Shown here piece after piece: positions 27,124 to 41,239 of a stretch of 64,000 bases of DNA. The first letter of the stretch is position 1. Every line of letters begins with the position of its first letter. The notes below the pieces were generated by a model. That model did not search any database, was not told the origin of the DNA, and saw only the letters and a program-made list of their open reading frames with translations. The stretch is from NCBI GenBank assembly GCA_016748015.1, contig JAAOMT010000602.1, positions 1,377,696 to 1,441,695 on the forward strand, given 5' to 3'. Source of the DNA: Geosiphon pyriformis uo1. Taxonomy: Eukaryota > Fungi > Glomeromycota. The translations under genes were made by a program, and so were the position numbers.

Positions 27124-30100
27124 AACATTATTTATAATTTTATTTCTGTGGGCTTTGTCATTATTATTACTAATTTATTTGATTTATCGTTTTCCCTTAA
27201 ATTATGTTTTGTCTCGCAACTGAAGAGAAACGTATCACCCAAGTTGGTATTTCAAACGATTTATAACGTCAAAGTATCGTAAGTACTTAAATTACCTTTG
27301 AATTATGTAATCACGGTTCGAACTTAATGCAGCTCAACGTGAAACATAATTTTTTGGCGCAACTTTGATCCGCGTAGTTTCTCTCAAAATTGGTATACAG
27401 TATATTTCCTCCCATTTTGAAGTGATTTAAGCAGTGAAACCTTGTTTAATTGTTCCCCCTAGTAGAAAGGAATTGGTCCAATTAGTGATGTAGATAAAAA
27501 CCTTTAATAGAAAAAAAGATTTATAGTTAATAGCTTTCCACAACCAAAATCAAGTCGATAGACTGAATATTCCAACAAAATTTTACTCTTTTGAAAATTT
27601 CATCGTTTAAAAAGCTAATTAAAAAGAACTTTTCCCGCCACACAATTCAAAAAAAAAAAAGAAATTTCATTTTCTGGATCATAACATGTGATAAATATAT
27701 CACAACATACGCTTTCAAAAGTTATGCAGAAATTTCTCCCAAAGATCTGAACAACAACTGAATAGAATCTTATAGATGAGCTTCTATTTAAGAAATCAAT
27801 GCCCAGATCTCAAATAATGAAACTGTAACACAAACACCTTCGGATTAGAAGAATTCATAGATCCCTTTATTTAATAATCTAGATCTGGGAAATATTAAAA
27901 AGTTCTTTAAATACATTATGACTTATTTTTTACGCTTTTGGAAGAAACTTGGTGTGTGCGCCTAATGAGCAATATAATAATTTTAATTTTCAAAGTCAAT
28001 TTCTAACCTTTTTTCAATTTGTTTATTATTTTTGATTTATTTTTAAACGAGTTTCATGTGACTATAGCGGTATTACAAATCTCTATGAATCCTATGGATT
28101 ACCAAAACTAGCATACAATTATAAATTATTGTCACATATGAGGGCAAAAGCAAGTTAACCACCGCTAACTTTCTTCTATTCTTTTCAATTTTTGAAAAAA
28201 TTCATAGAATAAAATATTATGACCAGATTTTCATTAATTGTTTCTAAATTAAAATCATTTTTTTATTTTTATGGTTTTTTCTTGATCGTCTTTTTTTTTT
28301 TTGATATTAATATATTTGCACAAGTCTTGGGGGTTTAGCAGATATGAATCACTTGCGTTTAAAATCTGAATTTTAATTTTTTTTTTATGATTATGCCTTA
28401 ATTAAAAAAGGCTTTGGGGGGGGGCCAGTTGGGCTATCAAAAGATGCGAAGAAAAAACTATGCAAAATCATATGATTCTAATATTTCCAAAGAATTTAAT
28501 ATTTGCAAATATAGTTTTCTTGGAAGCCATTGGAAGATTTAGTTTATATTCTTGATATAAAACTAAAAAAAAAAATAAAAGATACAAACCATTAAAAGTT
28601 AGTGAGTTCCTTTTTAACTTTTTAAAAGAGCAGAAACATTTTAAATTTAGCTTTAAAATTAATTAAAAATTGGACGTTACACAAATGAATTTCATTTTCT
28701 GATATATCTAGTCGGATCTATCAATTGCATCTCCAATATTATAAATGAGTTAAAGCCAATTTCAAAATTTTACTGTGACAAACCCGATTTTGGAATATCA
28801 TTTTTTTTTATTATTGAATTTATATCGGTATAAAGTTAAAACGGTCAGATGCTACGAGTTTTTTCTCTTTAAATTTCGGTAATTTAATAATTTATTAGAT
28901 CACTCGGGGACCTAATTTTTTCGAAGGATTATAATATTTTGTGAAAAAAGATAGAAAAAAATTTTTTTCGGCCAATTACGAAAATTTAATAGAAAAAGAA
29001 AAAAAAAAGAGGAAATTTGAATGAACGCCATTATTATTAAAATGATAACACGTTGAATAATTCGAAACGAAAACACGCTTTTCTTTACGGAACTGACGAA
29101 AGGTCAAATTTTTTCGATACTTTATGCGAAATAAGTGAATGCTAAATAAATTGAAATTTTTCTCGAATAATGTCCCTGCGAATACCAAAAGAATCTATTA
29201 CGATATTAAATGGTTGAGGAAATTGGTTTAGTTGATCGAAATCGTCCAAAATACGTCAAACCCAAAGAGTCATTATTTGGTCGTTGGACGATATAATCCC
29301 CTATGACCAGGCGTGTAATAATGAATCATGTTCTTAGGAATTGGGACAAGTCTCTGATATAGACGTTCCGCCACCGTTTTGACAGACACTTTTCATCAGC
29401 GAAGCTATGAAATTTGGGCATTTATCACGTCTTTCATTTTGCGATTTGATAGGGATAACAATTCGGTATTTAAAGGTATATTGAGGAAAAGAAAGATTAG
29501 GGATTGGGTTGGGGCAAATTTCCAAAGCAAAATGATAGTTATGGCGGAACGGTGATCAAAAACATGCCCAGATTTTCAGGTATTTGCCTTGGGGCGTCTA
29601 TTTATCAAAAAAATTATTTTGAATTTCGATTAAAAATATAAATAAAAAGCGTGAACACTCTGAACAGAAATCTCCATTATTGTTCTTATAATATAAAGCT
29701 TAAAACACCGCTTCCTATTTCCAGCCTGAGCCGAGAAATTTTCAGAGTATCTTATCAACATTTTTTGATGCCCTATTGTTCGTTCGTTTCAACATCAATT
29801 CACTTTTTGGGAAGCGTGCAGTTTTTAGGAAAAAAAAAAATTTTTTTTCAGTTCAAAAAAGTGTCATTTGTGTCCAGTCGTTTCAAAATTAAAAAATGTG
29901 TGCCTGTCAGATATCCTTGGGTTTTTAAAAAAAAAAAATTTTGCAACCCGAAAACGCCTTGATATGTTTGGTTTGATAAGAATGATGCATTGTAAATGTT
30001 TTACCTCTGGAAAATGATTGTTGGTTCCATTGTTCAAATCAACACAAACAATGGCTAGCATAATTATTAAGCTTTTTACAAAATAGAAAATGATAGTCGG

Positions 30101-33100
30101 CATGTGGATATGGTGAAAATTGGTTCAACATTGTATGAATCAATTGGGTTACTTATTGAAGTTTCCAAAAAAAAAAAAAAATTATCATTGGGAAATTCTA
30201 AAGAAAATTCCTCCCAAATGATCAACTTTTTCTTAATATCTCGATTATGGCACTTGTAAGAAATCATGTCAAGTAACAAAACTTTGAGTACAAGTTTTGG
30301 AAATCAAGAATTTTAAGGATTTTGATTTTTGAATTCAAATTTCAAACTTTTCTTAAAAAACCTCATCGAATTCCAATTTAAAGAGGATATTGCTCCTCTA
30401 AAATTAAAAAAGTATTTAATTCCCTTCATGATGTAAATTGACCTAATATTATTTATTACGGAATATTTTCATTCTAGCAATTTGATAGTTTAACTCGAAA
30501 TTTTTGTAATACGTACTCTGTTGTTACTTGCGAAATCGACATCCTACTTTACTAAACCTGGGTTCCCGAATCTCATACACAATTTGCAGCCCCCATTGTT
30601 AAAGAGAAAACAAGAAAAAAGCAAATGTGGGGTAGGCCCATTGTCATCTGTGCCAACATTGAACACTACAGCCGCTATATCTCTATGCTTTATGCATAAA
30701 ATATCTGGGTTCGTAGAAATCTTGGCAAATTAAATCGTCCATCTATTTATGAATTGGTTATTGTGATAGGGTGAGTATATATTGAAGAAAGTTTCATGTT
30801 TTGAAATTCAGTTTTATGGTCTAAAATTATATAATTAGCAACAACAACAAATAAACCATTTATTCTTCAAACGGCTTTGATATTTTTATTATGAACAATC
30901 AAGATGCAGCTAACGTATGAAATTGCAAAAGTAAAAGCTAGTTTTGAGTTAGCCTAAAGGCGTTCTCATGTCAATCTCAAACTTTATATTCGCACAAACA
31001 ATTCAAAGTAAGACTGTGATGCATCGCATTGCAATCATATTGGGCAAGGTTTATCCTTGTCTTTTAAAGACTTGCCAACTCTAGAATAGAATTTTTCGTA
31101 AAAAATAACTTTACTATTTTTCAATTACCCAAAAATTTATAGGCTTTTAAAATGTAAAACTATCCAAGATGAGATTATGAATAGGATCTGAAAGCTCCAA
31201 TAGATCGTAAAGCGGAAAATTTCTTTGTGAAAATAATCATGCGTATGTATTTTTGAAATTTCCAAAATCAGAAATGAGAACATATGAAAGAAAAAATCTT
31301 GCATGAATGCACGTTATATATGTTTGGTCTTTGTGAAATAAAGGTAACAAACGTTGATGCAAAGTGTTACCAAAGAAAATTTTAAAATTCAATGAATTCT
31401 TCAAGTTTTTTTTTGCGTATATAAATAGATTTTTAAATAAGGACAACCATAAATTCCTAGTATCACGAAAAATTGGACACAAAAAATGAATTTCTTTATC
31501 TCATCGGACTTTTCTCTGAGGGTTATTCCCATGACATGATTGAACAAATTTTTTAGAACCTGTAGAAACCATAATTATCCCTCAGGCTTCTGAAAATTAA
31601 ATACCGAAATAACAACTAAGATCGAAATATAAAATTTCGAGTCATGAAAAAAAGGTCTCAATACAAAAACCTTTGGAATGTTGAAACTTGTTTCAGGTTG
31701 ACTTAAATTTTTGTCAAATACTAGCAAAAAACCCAAAGATTATTTTTCCAAGCTGGGCACGTTACACGGATCATCATGATAAACCCTAAAATCTAATTTT
31801 CTTTTTATCATGAAACTCTTTTATAAAACTTCATAAATATTTCCTTTTATTATTGCTGCCGTTACGTACCCGTATACCACACAATCTCAATTTTCACCGC
31901 GAAAATATTTAATTAATCTAGGAACTTCAATTATTTTGAGCCAAAACTACAGTTCAAAACCTGAAGGTATAAAAAGGCTTAAAACTTGCGTTGCCAAACT
32001 TACCTACTTGGAAAGGTCAAAGAGGAAGACCATAAAAATTTCGTTCACTGCTTTTGAAGTCGATATCCGAAAAAATTAACAATCATAAATAGAATTTACT
32101 ATCAAACAAATTTAATAAAGTAGTAGATTAAAAAAAAATTTACTTTGACTAAAGAAAAATTTTTTAGGCTTATTGTTTTTAAGATTGTAACAATTAATTA
32201 AATTTTATTTTATTTTATTTTATTGAATAGATCTTCAAAATATTTTATTATCAAACCCAATTTTGTGGCTCCTTCAAACTTTTTGATTGGTTATCCTATT
32301 GAATAATTAAGTGATATTCTTTCTTTTGCAGATTGTACCATAGCCGATAAACATAGGCCATTTAAAGATTTGTCAATTAAAATAAGCCACTGCTTTCAAA
32401 GTTTAAATTCATTAAATCTAACACCGTTTTTGCGTGGCTTTAGTTTAAATATTTATATGTGACTTTGAATTTTACCAATAAAATAAATTTAATTCAAATT
32501 TTCAAAAATTATACTGTGAAATTATTTAATATCAATAATATTAATTTAAACTTTTGTAAAAAGAATAAATTCGAGTTTTAATTTTGTTATTATTTTATTT
32601 TTTGCATTGATTTTTATTAGTGTAAAGATTTTCAGCTCAATATGATTATATAAAAAGGATAAATTTTTTTTAAAGTCTAATCCTAAAATGTGTCGAACAT
32701 TATTTGTGATTGATTGGTGCCAAGAGTTTTAAGTCCAGTTATTTTTGATTTCCGTTAATGAGGACAAAATTATTAAATCTGGTACAATTAATTGAGAAAT
32801 TTTATACAACATTAGAAGCATTGTACATTATTGTTTTAATTTAAAAGTAATAAATGTTCCCAAGATTTGCGATTGTAATATAGCCACAAAAAAATTTTCG
32901 GTCAATTTTTTCCTCAATACAAAGATAGCATTCCGGCAATGCTTTTTTGTACAGCCTCACATAAATTAATTTCTAAAAGCATGGCCTGATCAGTGATACT
33001 GAAAAATGCGACCAACTACTTTTGAAGTGCAAGGTATTAGATAACAGTCTACATATGTGAATCGATAATAAAGCCTTAATATATTTAACATCAATGTAAA

Positions 33101-33948
33101 AAGAGTATTTTTTATACATTAAAAGTAATTTTCGTAACCAAAAATTCGCATCATTTCAGAAAATTTGAATTTTAAAGATAAGAATAAATTATTTATCAAA
33201 TTGGAAAAATTTTTGGCTATTTTTTTTAAAAAAAAATATATATTCAACATTTCGAAATTCTTAAAGCGAAAATTTTATATATTTCGCTTAAAATTCTATT
33301 TTTGTATAATCTTTTAAGAAAAAAGGTTTTTTAAAAAATAATAAAAATTAACAATATCTTTTAACACTAAATAAATTTATAAATCTAATTTTCAACAAGA
33401 ATTTTTTATTTTCACTTTTTACAAGATTTTTCAAATAGAAATAGCCATTTGGGTTACAAAAAAGGGATTTTTTTAGTCTTAATTATTAATTTATTTTTAT
33501 TCAATGCAGTTTTTTCATTTTCAGCTCACAAGAAATAATAAAACTGATGAAAACTTTAAAATTATTAATTATTTTTATTATAAAATAATAAATTTTAAAG
33601 TAATCAAGTAAATGAATAAGCTTTTGTGAAATCTATAAGAAATTTGCGCATTTCAATGAAACAAGATTGATTAATAAGTTTATATTACTCAAAATTTATG
33701 AATTTATGTTAAATCTTGTAAAAAAAAAGGGATTTATATGTCTTAAATTATTTAAAAGAATAGAACCAACAATCGAAAATATATATAGTTAACAATTGTT
33801 AATCTAAATAATAAAGGAAGATTATCTTATTTACAAGAAGGTTTATCCTCTTTTTTTTACATTATTTATTTTCTAAAGTAGAGTTCAATTAGTCTCGGTA
33901 TTACTAATAAAATTTTCTTTAATGAGTTTTTTTTGTTAAATGGGTTTT

Positions 33949-34296
33949 TCAAAAAAACTTCCGAATCGAGTTTGCCATTTCAATTTTTGCAGCCAGGTCA
34001 AATTCGATTTGCTTCTTATTAAATTCAAAATAATCCATTATATTTTCTGTATTCATAGGTAAATAAAACTTGCAATTGGTAGCAAAAGCATAATTTTTCG
34101 ATGGTGGTGATTCTTTCGAGTAAGTTGAAAAAAAAAGAGTACACGGATCATTACTTTCGATCAGATATGTTATTATCAAAGCCATTATTAATACGATCGG
34201 AGTGACTGATACCAAAATGAGTTTGAAATTTTTGGTCATCGAAGCCGGAAATCGAAACTCGAGGCTTTTTTTTATTGGATAAGATTTTTTACTCAT
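33949..34296 (-). CDS. Hypothetical small single-pass membrane protein (115 aa)
   Basis: ATG-initiated, single-exon ORF, richer in GC than its flanks. One hydrophobic helix (LILVSVTPIVLIMALIITYLI) followed by two Cys. No family recognised. Confidence 0.45.
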   Translation of the reverse strand: MSKKSYPIKKSLEFRFPASMTKNFKLILVSVTPIVLIMALIITYLIESNDPCTLFFSTYSKESPPSKNYAFATNCKFYLPMNTENIMDYFEFNKKQIEFDLAAKIEMANSIRKFF

Positions 34297-37200
34297 TGTA
34301 ATTATTATTGGTGAATAAGATTTGTTAGGTTTTCAAGCTAATGCTTTGATTCATGACCCAAGTTTCGGCCTCCTTTTTTATAGAAAGAAATTGTTTCAGA
34401 AAGCTGACTGCCCGGGCTGTTTACCACGAATCCCCTTTTTATCCGAAGTTTACTCCAAGTAACAAGCCTCACTGGCTAAAATCGTTATCTCAATGCAATA
34501 ATGATAATGAAAGATTTCCCGTAAATTCAACTTATCACTTATCGTATTTCTCAGTGTTGATCTTTGTTTGAGAAACAACATTAAGGTGATAAGGGAAAAT
34601 CTCAAGTTTCAGGTCAAACATGAGAGGAAAGGAAAGGAAAGGAATATTTAGAAATTTGATGGATCAATTCTTTCAAATAAGATTTTTTTTCTTTCTTTCT
34701 TTCTTTCTTTCTCAAATAAAATTTCTCAGGGGTTTTGATTAATAAGAAGAATGTCATATTAAATGTACAATATATTCTCCAATTAATTTTCCAGTTATCA
34801 CCATCCTTGAATATAATAGTTGCAATAAGCCTTGAAAAGAATTCTCATTTACTTAATGCACCGGTCCAAGTGCTTTGAGTTTATAAGAACATTAAATAAG
34901 CTTAATGAATAGATTTAAATATTTTTCAATTCTTGAAAGCTTCATTCAAAGCAAAACATTATTACACATGAAAATTAAATTCTTCCTATGCAGAAGCAGT
35001 ATTTTTGTATAATGTTCCACTAATAATTTCATTGAATTCTAGCGAATTTAAAATGAAAAAAAATTTAATAAAAAAATTTTTCTGCATATTCTGCCGTTTC
35101 TTTGTTTTCTCGCTTTTTTGTGCATCAGATGGAATCACAAATTAAAGCGAAAAAAAGTTATTTTTGCTGAACATATTGAATTCCCGAGTTTGATCATTTT
35201 TTGCACTTCGGGCTACTCCGAACCCTCTTCATCCAATAATTTCAATTATAAATGATACAAGATTTGGGTAACAGATGAATGAAGTACGAGTAACAAATTC
35301 ATTTTGAAAAGTTGCCGTTGATGTCTTCTTTTTCTTCCAAAAACGGGGATTATATAAAAATCATTTAGATGAAATATACATGCAGGGTTTTAGGTAAGTG
35401 TCTTATATACAAACTTTCTTTTGAGTAACTGTTGATCAATTATAACGTTGATGTGTATGTATCAAAGTGTATTTCCATTAAGTGATTTAAAAAATATTTA
35501 TACTAGTTAGCAGTAGTGAAATCGAATTCTAAAGAAATTTTTTCGTACACCAAATAGATTATCATCTTGATAAAATATTTAATTCAAGTCATCAACTTAA
35601 CACAAATATAGATACTAGTTAAAAAATGAATTTTAAAAATCTAAACTGATCACAAAACTTTTTATTTTTAAAGTTCAATCAAAAGTTAATCACAAATGCA
35701 AATTTATACTTTCTTTTAAGTTAAAATAAGGGGGGTGTAAATCAGAAATATAATTTGAAGTAGATTTACAACGACACAAGATCCATTTTTGTGCTCACAA
35801 TAGAATTAAGGTCAAAAACTATTTTTTTTTTTATATTCTTTTTTTTATATTCTTTATTATTCTTTCATTGTACCTTGAAATTTTTGACCTAATTAGTAAA
35901 ACAATCAGAGATTTAATAAGAGACAATTTCTAGATTGGTAAAATGAGGCATTGCAATTTTCTGGCTACAAATTCTGCCGCATTTGCACCGATATATATTT
36001 GTTTATGTATGTACAGGCACCAAAGTAACTGACAACTTTTTATATTCTTACACATGTAAATCGGGGGTTAATTTTGAGATTAAGCTATTTAAAATTGTAA
36101 AATAATCTTTTGATTTAGAGCAACTACAAAACAAATGTTCCACAATTCAAAAAAAAAAGTACTTCTTTATCTTGATTTGTTTAAGAAAAAGCTTTCTGGT
36201 ATATTATTTTAATTGAATAATTGCGATTGAGAAGTTAGCAAAAAATTTGATGTAAGCTTTTTAACAATATGTGGGTTCATATGCAATTATCTGTAAACTA
36301 GAGAAGATTCGAAACATTTTTATATATCAATTTTCTTGATTGAAAATTATTGCTTTTTTTTTTATAAATTATTTTTTGAAAACCTGTATTTTTTTAAATT
36401 TGAAATTTTTTATCAATATAAAATCATATTATTTAATTAACTTTATAATTTTTCAAGTTTATTAAAAATATTATATCATATTATTAAAGCAAGTTAAGCA
36501 AATTTTTTTTGCTGCATTGAAATTTTTATATAATAATATCAATTCACTTTGTTGTTTTTAGCTTTGACACTTATAATATATTAAAACCATTGGTTTCTCA
36601 TAAAAACATAAATTTATCTGTACTTTTCAAAACAATAAAAAAATGATGATTTAATTATTAAAAATTAGAATATTGAATCTTAATAAATTATTTTCATGTT
36701 TTTAAAAAAATTTATTTATATTTTTATTTTTAAATATAAAAAAAATTACCATATATTATTAATTTCAATGTCTTTTAAAAAGGAATTCTTTCTCAATTTT
36801 TGACATTTTATTTAAAATAATAATTTTTACTGTTTTTATTATTTGTTTCGCAAAATTAATAATATTTATTAAGCTATTATTTTAAACTTGAAAATAAATT
36901 TTATATATTACTTGAAATTTATTACATAAGTAATGAAAATATTTTATAGAATTGTTTATTTTTGAAATTTTTATTTTTTTCGTTTTAGAAAATTTTTAAA
37001 TACAAAAATAGTTACTTTTTATTACATTTTGCGAATTATTAATAATATTTTAAATTCATTTTTTATTATTTAGAAATTATATTAAATAAAAAATTTTAAT
37101 TATTAAATAATTAATTTTTTAATTTTCAAACAAAAATAAACTTTAAATTTTACATAATTAACAATTGACATAAATAAATAATTCATTTTATAAAAACATC

Positions 37201-38149
37201 TTAAATATAGTATCTTTGGCCAAATTAAATACATGATTAATAGTTAATTTATTTTTATTAATGTTCAAAGTTTTCAAAAAATAACAGTAATTGCTGTTTT
37301 AAAAAGTATTATTAGAAAAAAAGATACTCTTTTTTAGAAATTAAAATACAAAAAAGTAATTTGTGTTTTAATTTTTATAAACTATAATCAGTATAATACT
37401 AAAATATTAATTGTTTAATTCTTGTTTAATATAACTTTATGTGAATTTTCTAAATTAAAAACAAATTTATATTTAATTTAATTATTATTAACTGTTTGAT
37501 TTTGGTATAATATCATAAATTACTTAATTTTAATATTACTCGAGTATTAATAATATTAAAAAGATATTTATACTCCTTATTTTCAAGTTTAAATTATATT
37601 GGTATTATAATTTTTTTTTGGATTTTAATAATTAATTTCTAAAAATAATTTTAAATATTAATATATTAATTTTGATTACATATTTTATGTCTGATTTGTT
37701 TGTTCCTAATTATTGCTAATTTAAAAAAATATTAATAACTTATATTAATGTTTTTTAATATGTTTTTAATTTTTAGATTATAATATAATATAATATAATA
37801 TAACAAACTTATACCATAAACAAAAAAAACTAAAATATTTTCTGTAGTTTAAATGTAAATTTTTTTTTCTTTATTAAAATTTTTCATTGTGTATTATTCG
37901 CGTAAAAATGAAACTTATTATGTTTAACTTAAATTAGAAAAAATTTTTATTAAATTTTTTTATCGAAATTTTTTTTTGTAAATATTATAATAAACACTTT
38001 TTTTATCATATTCTTATTTATAAATTTTTATTAATTGAAATTTGAACAAAAACATCAATAAAGTATTTTAAATTTTTATTTATAATTTGATTTTTAATAA
38101 TTTACAAGCACAATCAAATGCAAAAATTAAATTATACAATATTTGAACT

Positions 38150-39350
38150 TTGTAACAATTAAAAATTTGTTAAAATTTAAGCATTTAATATATAATTCTC
38201 ACAACAAAAAAACAAGAAAACTTAATAAGTAATCTGTTGGTTTAAATTTTTCTGCTGCTTATTGAATATAAATATATTAAAAATTGGTAAAAAATTTAAA
38301 TCTAAGTTTTAAAAAAATAAATTAGTAGTTGTTATAATAATGTTAATAAGAATATAAATATTAATAATATAAAAAATATTTATAAAAAATTAGTTTTATT
38401 GTTAATAAAAGAATAAATGATTTTAAATCTATAAATAATATAATTTTATTTATATTTATTATGATAAATTAAATAATCTTATAAACAGTACTTTTAAGTA
38501 ATAAAAATAATATTTTTAATATTCTTTTTGTGCTTAATAAGAAATTAAACTTTATATTCTTGCCAAAAAAAAGTTTTAATTATTTAGTTTTTTGTATTAA
38601 ATATTAATTTTATAAAAATTATTAAAAAAATATTTCATTAAATAAATGATTTTAAAAAAAGTAGAAACTTTTTTAAAAATTTTTGAAATTATTAAATCTA
38701 CATTTATATATAAATTAAATTAAAATAGTTTAAAATTTGGTTATAAAGACAAATATTATTATTAATATTTAATCTAAAACATATAAATATAAAAGTAATT
38801 ATTAAGAAAATCCTAATTAATTTTTTTAAATTGGCTATAAAATTTGTTTTTGCTAAATTTAATAAGCTAATTTCAATTAAAATACTTATTAATTTGTATT
38901 AAAAAGTATAATAAAGTTTATTAATAATAAAATTATTAAGTTAATAGTTTTTAAATAGCTTATTTTTATAAATAATAATTTTATAAATATAATAAAGACT
39001 AATAAAAACAAAAATTTATGAATTTTTAAGAATTATTATTGAATATTTTTTTATATATTATTAATAAATACAATAGTTTAAAATTTTTCAATCTAATAAT
39101 TTTTATAATAAATATTAGTAATTTGGTTTTATATATTTATATTAAATATAAAATTATTTGTTTTAAAAATAAAACATCTTAAAAGATTGTATTTTATACT
39201 ATTCTAGTTTTTAATAATATAAATTTATATTAAATTAAATTATTTTTATTATTATATATAAAATATAAATAAGCTAAATATATATTTATTAAGTATAATT
39301 TAGATAAAAAAAGTTTTGGTTATATTAAAAAAAATGTTAATTTAATTGTT
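38150..39350 (+). mobile_element. Hypermutated LINE-like ORF1 relic (family A)
   Basis: Reads ...KKILINF-KLAIKFVFAKFNKLISIKI... around 38800-38885, restorable to KEIPVDLPKLAVEFVFAKFGKLISIKM (RRM-like). It resembles repetitive Geosiphon hypothetical proteins as I recall them. LINE assignment is inference. Confidence 0.5.
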
Positions 39351-39399
39351 AATTAATAATAATTAATACATATATATACTATAAAAATGGTTTTTATTG

Positions 39400-40350
39400 T
39401 TTATTTTATTATTTTTAATAGTAAAACTTGGATTTAAGTTATAATTAATATTTTTGCTAAATTTTTGTTTAATGCTTTTTTAAATATTAATTTATTTAAA
39501 AATAGTAGTTTTTTTATTAATATTGTTATTAGAAGTTTTTTTGCTTTTTTTTTAATGTTGTTAATGTTATTTTATTGTTATTTTATTGTTATTTCTATTG
39601 TTAATAAAACTTAGTAAACTTCTAATAAGCTAATTTTTTTTAAGTATTTTTTTATACTTTAAATTATATATGCTGTTAAATTTATGATAAAATAGCCAAT
39701 TTTATGCCAATTACTTGTGTAGTTATTTTGCAATAAAATCAATTTTTTTATATAAAAATTTCATTTGTAAGTTTTTTAAAATATATGTAGTTACTTTGTT
39801 ATAAAAGTTAATTTTTTTATAAGAAAATCTTGACAATAGACTATCCAGTAATATTATAATAAGAAAAATTTAAACTTTAAAGAAAAGAAAATAGAAAAAT
39901 ATGTATTATAAAGTTGTTTTAGATCTAAGCTTATAAGTACTAACATTTACTAAAATTAATAGCTAATTAATTTTAAGTTTGTTAATTTAAAAAATAAGTA
40001 ATTTCGAAATAATAATAGTTAAGAATTTTTAGTTTTCAGAATAATTTTATTTATATTAATTTATAGTTAATAATATTTAAAAATAAGCTTAATTTTGAGT
40101 AAAATATATTTTTTGAAAAAGAAGCTCTTTTTTTATAAAACTTGTTATAATATTATTTTATAATTTAGCATTTTTTTTAATATTTCGGCAAATTAATATA
40201 TATTTCATTAAACTACAAGTTATTTCTGCAAACTTATAAATTATTTTAGTAAACTGTTAAATATTTTATTGAACTTCTAAGTATTTTGGTAAATTTTAAA
40301 TATTATATAGTTTAGAATATTACATAATCTAATTATTACAATTTGGTTAT
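39400..40350 (-). mobile_element. Hypermutated retroelement coding relic (gag N-terminus-like)
   Basis: Minus strand gives a stop-riddled but codon-like frame (NLPKYLEVQ*NI*QFTK...), next to a 10-bp tandem array. Identity weak. Confidence 0.3.
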
Positions 40351-40560
40351 ATTTGTTTTTTATACAAATTAGATTATTAATTAAATAATAATTTGGTAAT
40401 TTAATAAAATAATAAGTGATAATTTAAAATAATATTATATACTAATTAATAATAAAAATTATAAAGATAATTTTATGCTATTACTTGAATAAAAAAATCA
40501 ATCCAAAATTATTAAAAAACATGATTATTATATGATAACATAAAAAAATATGATAATATA

Positions 40561-40640
40561 AAATAATACAAAATAATACAAAATAATGCTAAATAATATA
40601 AAACAATTCAGAATAATACAAAATAATACAAAATAATTAA
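40561..40640. repeat. 10-bp tandem repeat (AAATAATACA)x8, imperfect
   Basis: aaataataca aaataataca aaataatgct aaataatata aaacaattca gaataataca aaataataca aaataattaa. Confidence 0.85.
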
Positions 40641-41239
40641 TAATAACTAATTATAACATAAAAAAATAAAACAATAGCCAAAATAGTAAACAATAATTAA
40701 TAATAACAAACAATTGAAAACAATTATATAAAATTAGAAAATATGTATAAAAACAAATAGTTTAGCAAATAAAAAAAAACATATAAAAATCTAATTAATA
40801 TTTTTATTTTATTCTTAGTTTTAAAAATCTTTTTTATTTTTTATATTCCAACTTTACCAAATAAAATATTATTATTTAATTCATAAATCTATAATTTAAA
40901 ATATTTAATTGTCAAGATCTGATTAATTGTTTTTGTTTATCTTTGTTCCAGGCTAGATATAATTAGCATAAATGCTTTTAGAACTTTAATAACTTGGATC
41001 TATTGCTTTTAATTATAATGATTAATAAGATACTAATTTATTTTTTTATTTATTTATTTTTATTTTATTTTATTTTTTATTTTATTTTTTTTATTTTTTT
41101 ATTTTTATTTTTTTGTGAAATGAAATATTAAAAATAGATTTTATAATAGTTTAATAAAAAAAAAAAGCTCTTTTAGATTTAAATATTAATTTTATTTTGT
41201 TAACTTATTAAAAAAGTAAAAAACAATACTAAATTTTAG

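Noticed and set aside
27310-27330. GGTTCGAA tRNA T-loop/B-box-like motif (also at 51841)
   Set aside because: No cloverleaf or acceptor stem; the second instance is inside the TLDc pseudogene.
29496-29516. TTAGGG-containing stretch as telomeric repeat or telomerase template
   Set aside because: Only one exact unit; no 1.5-repeat template.
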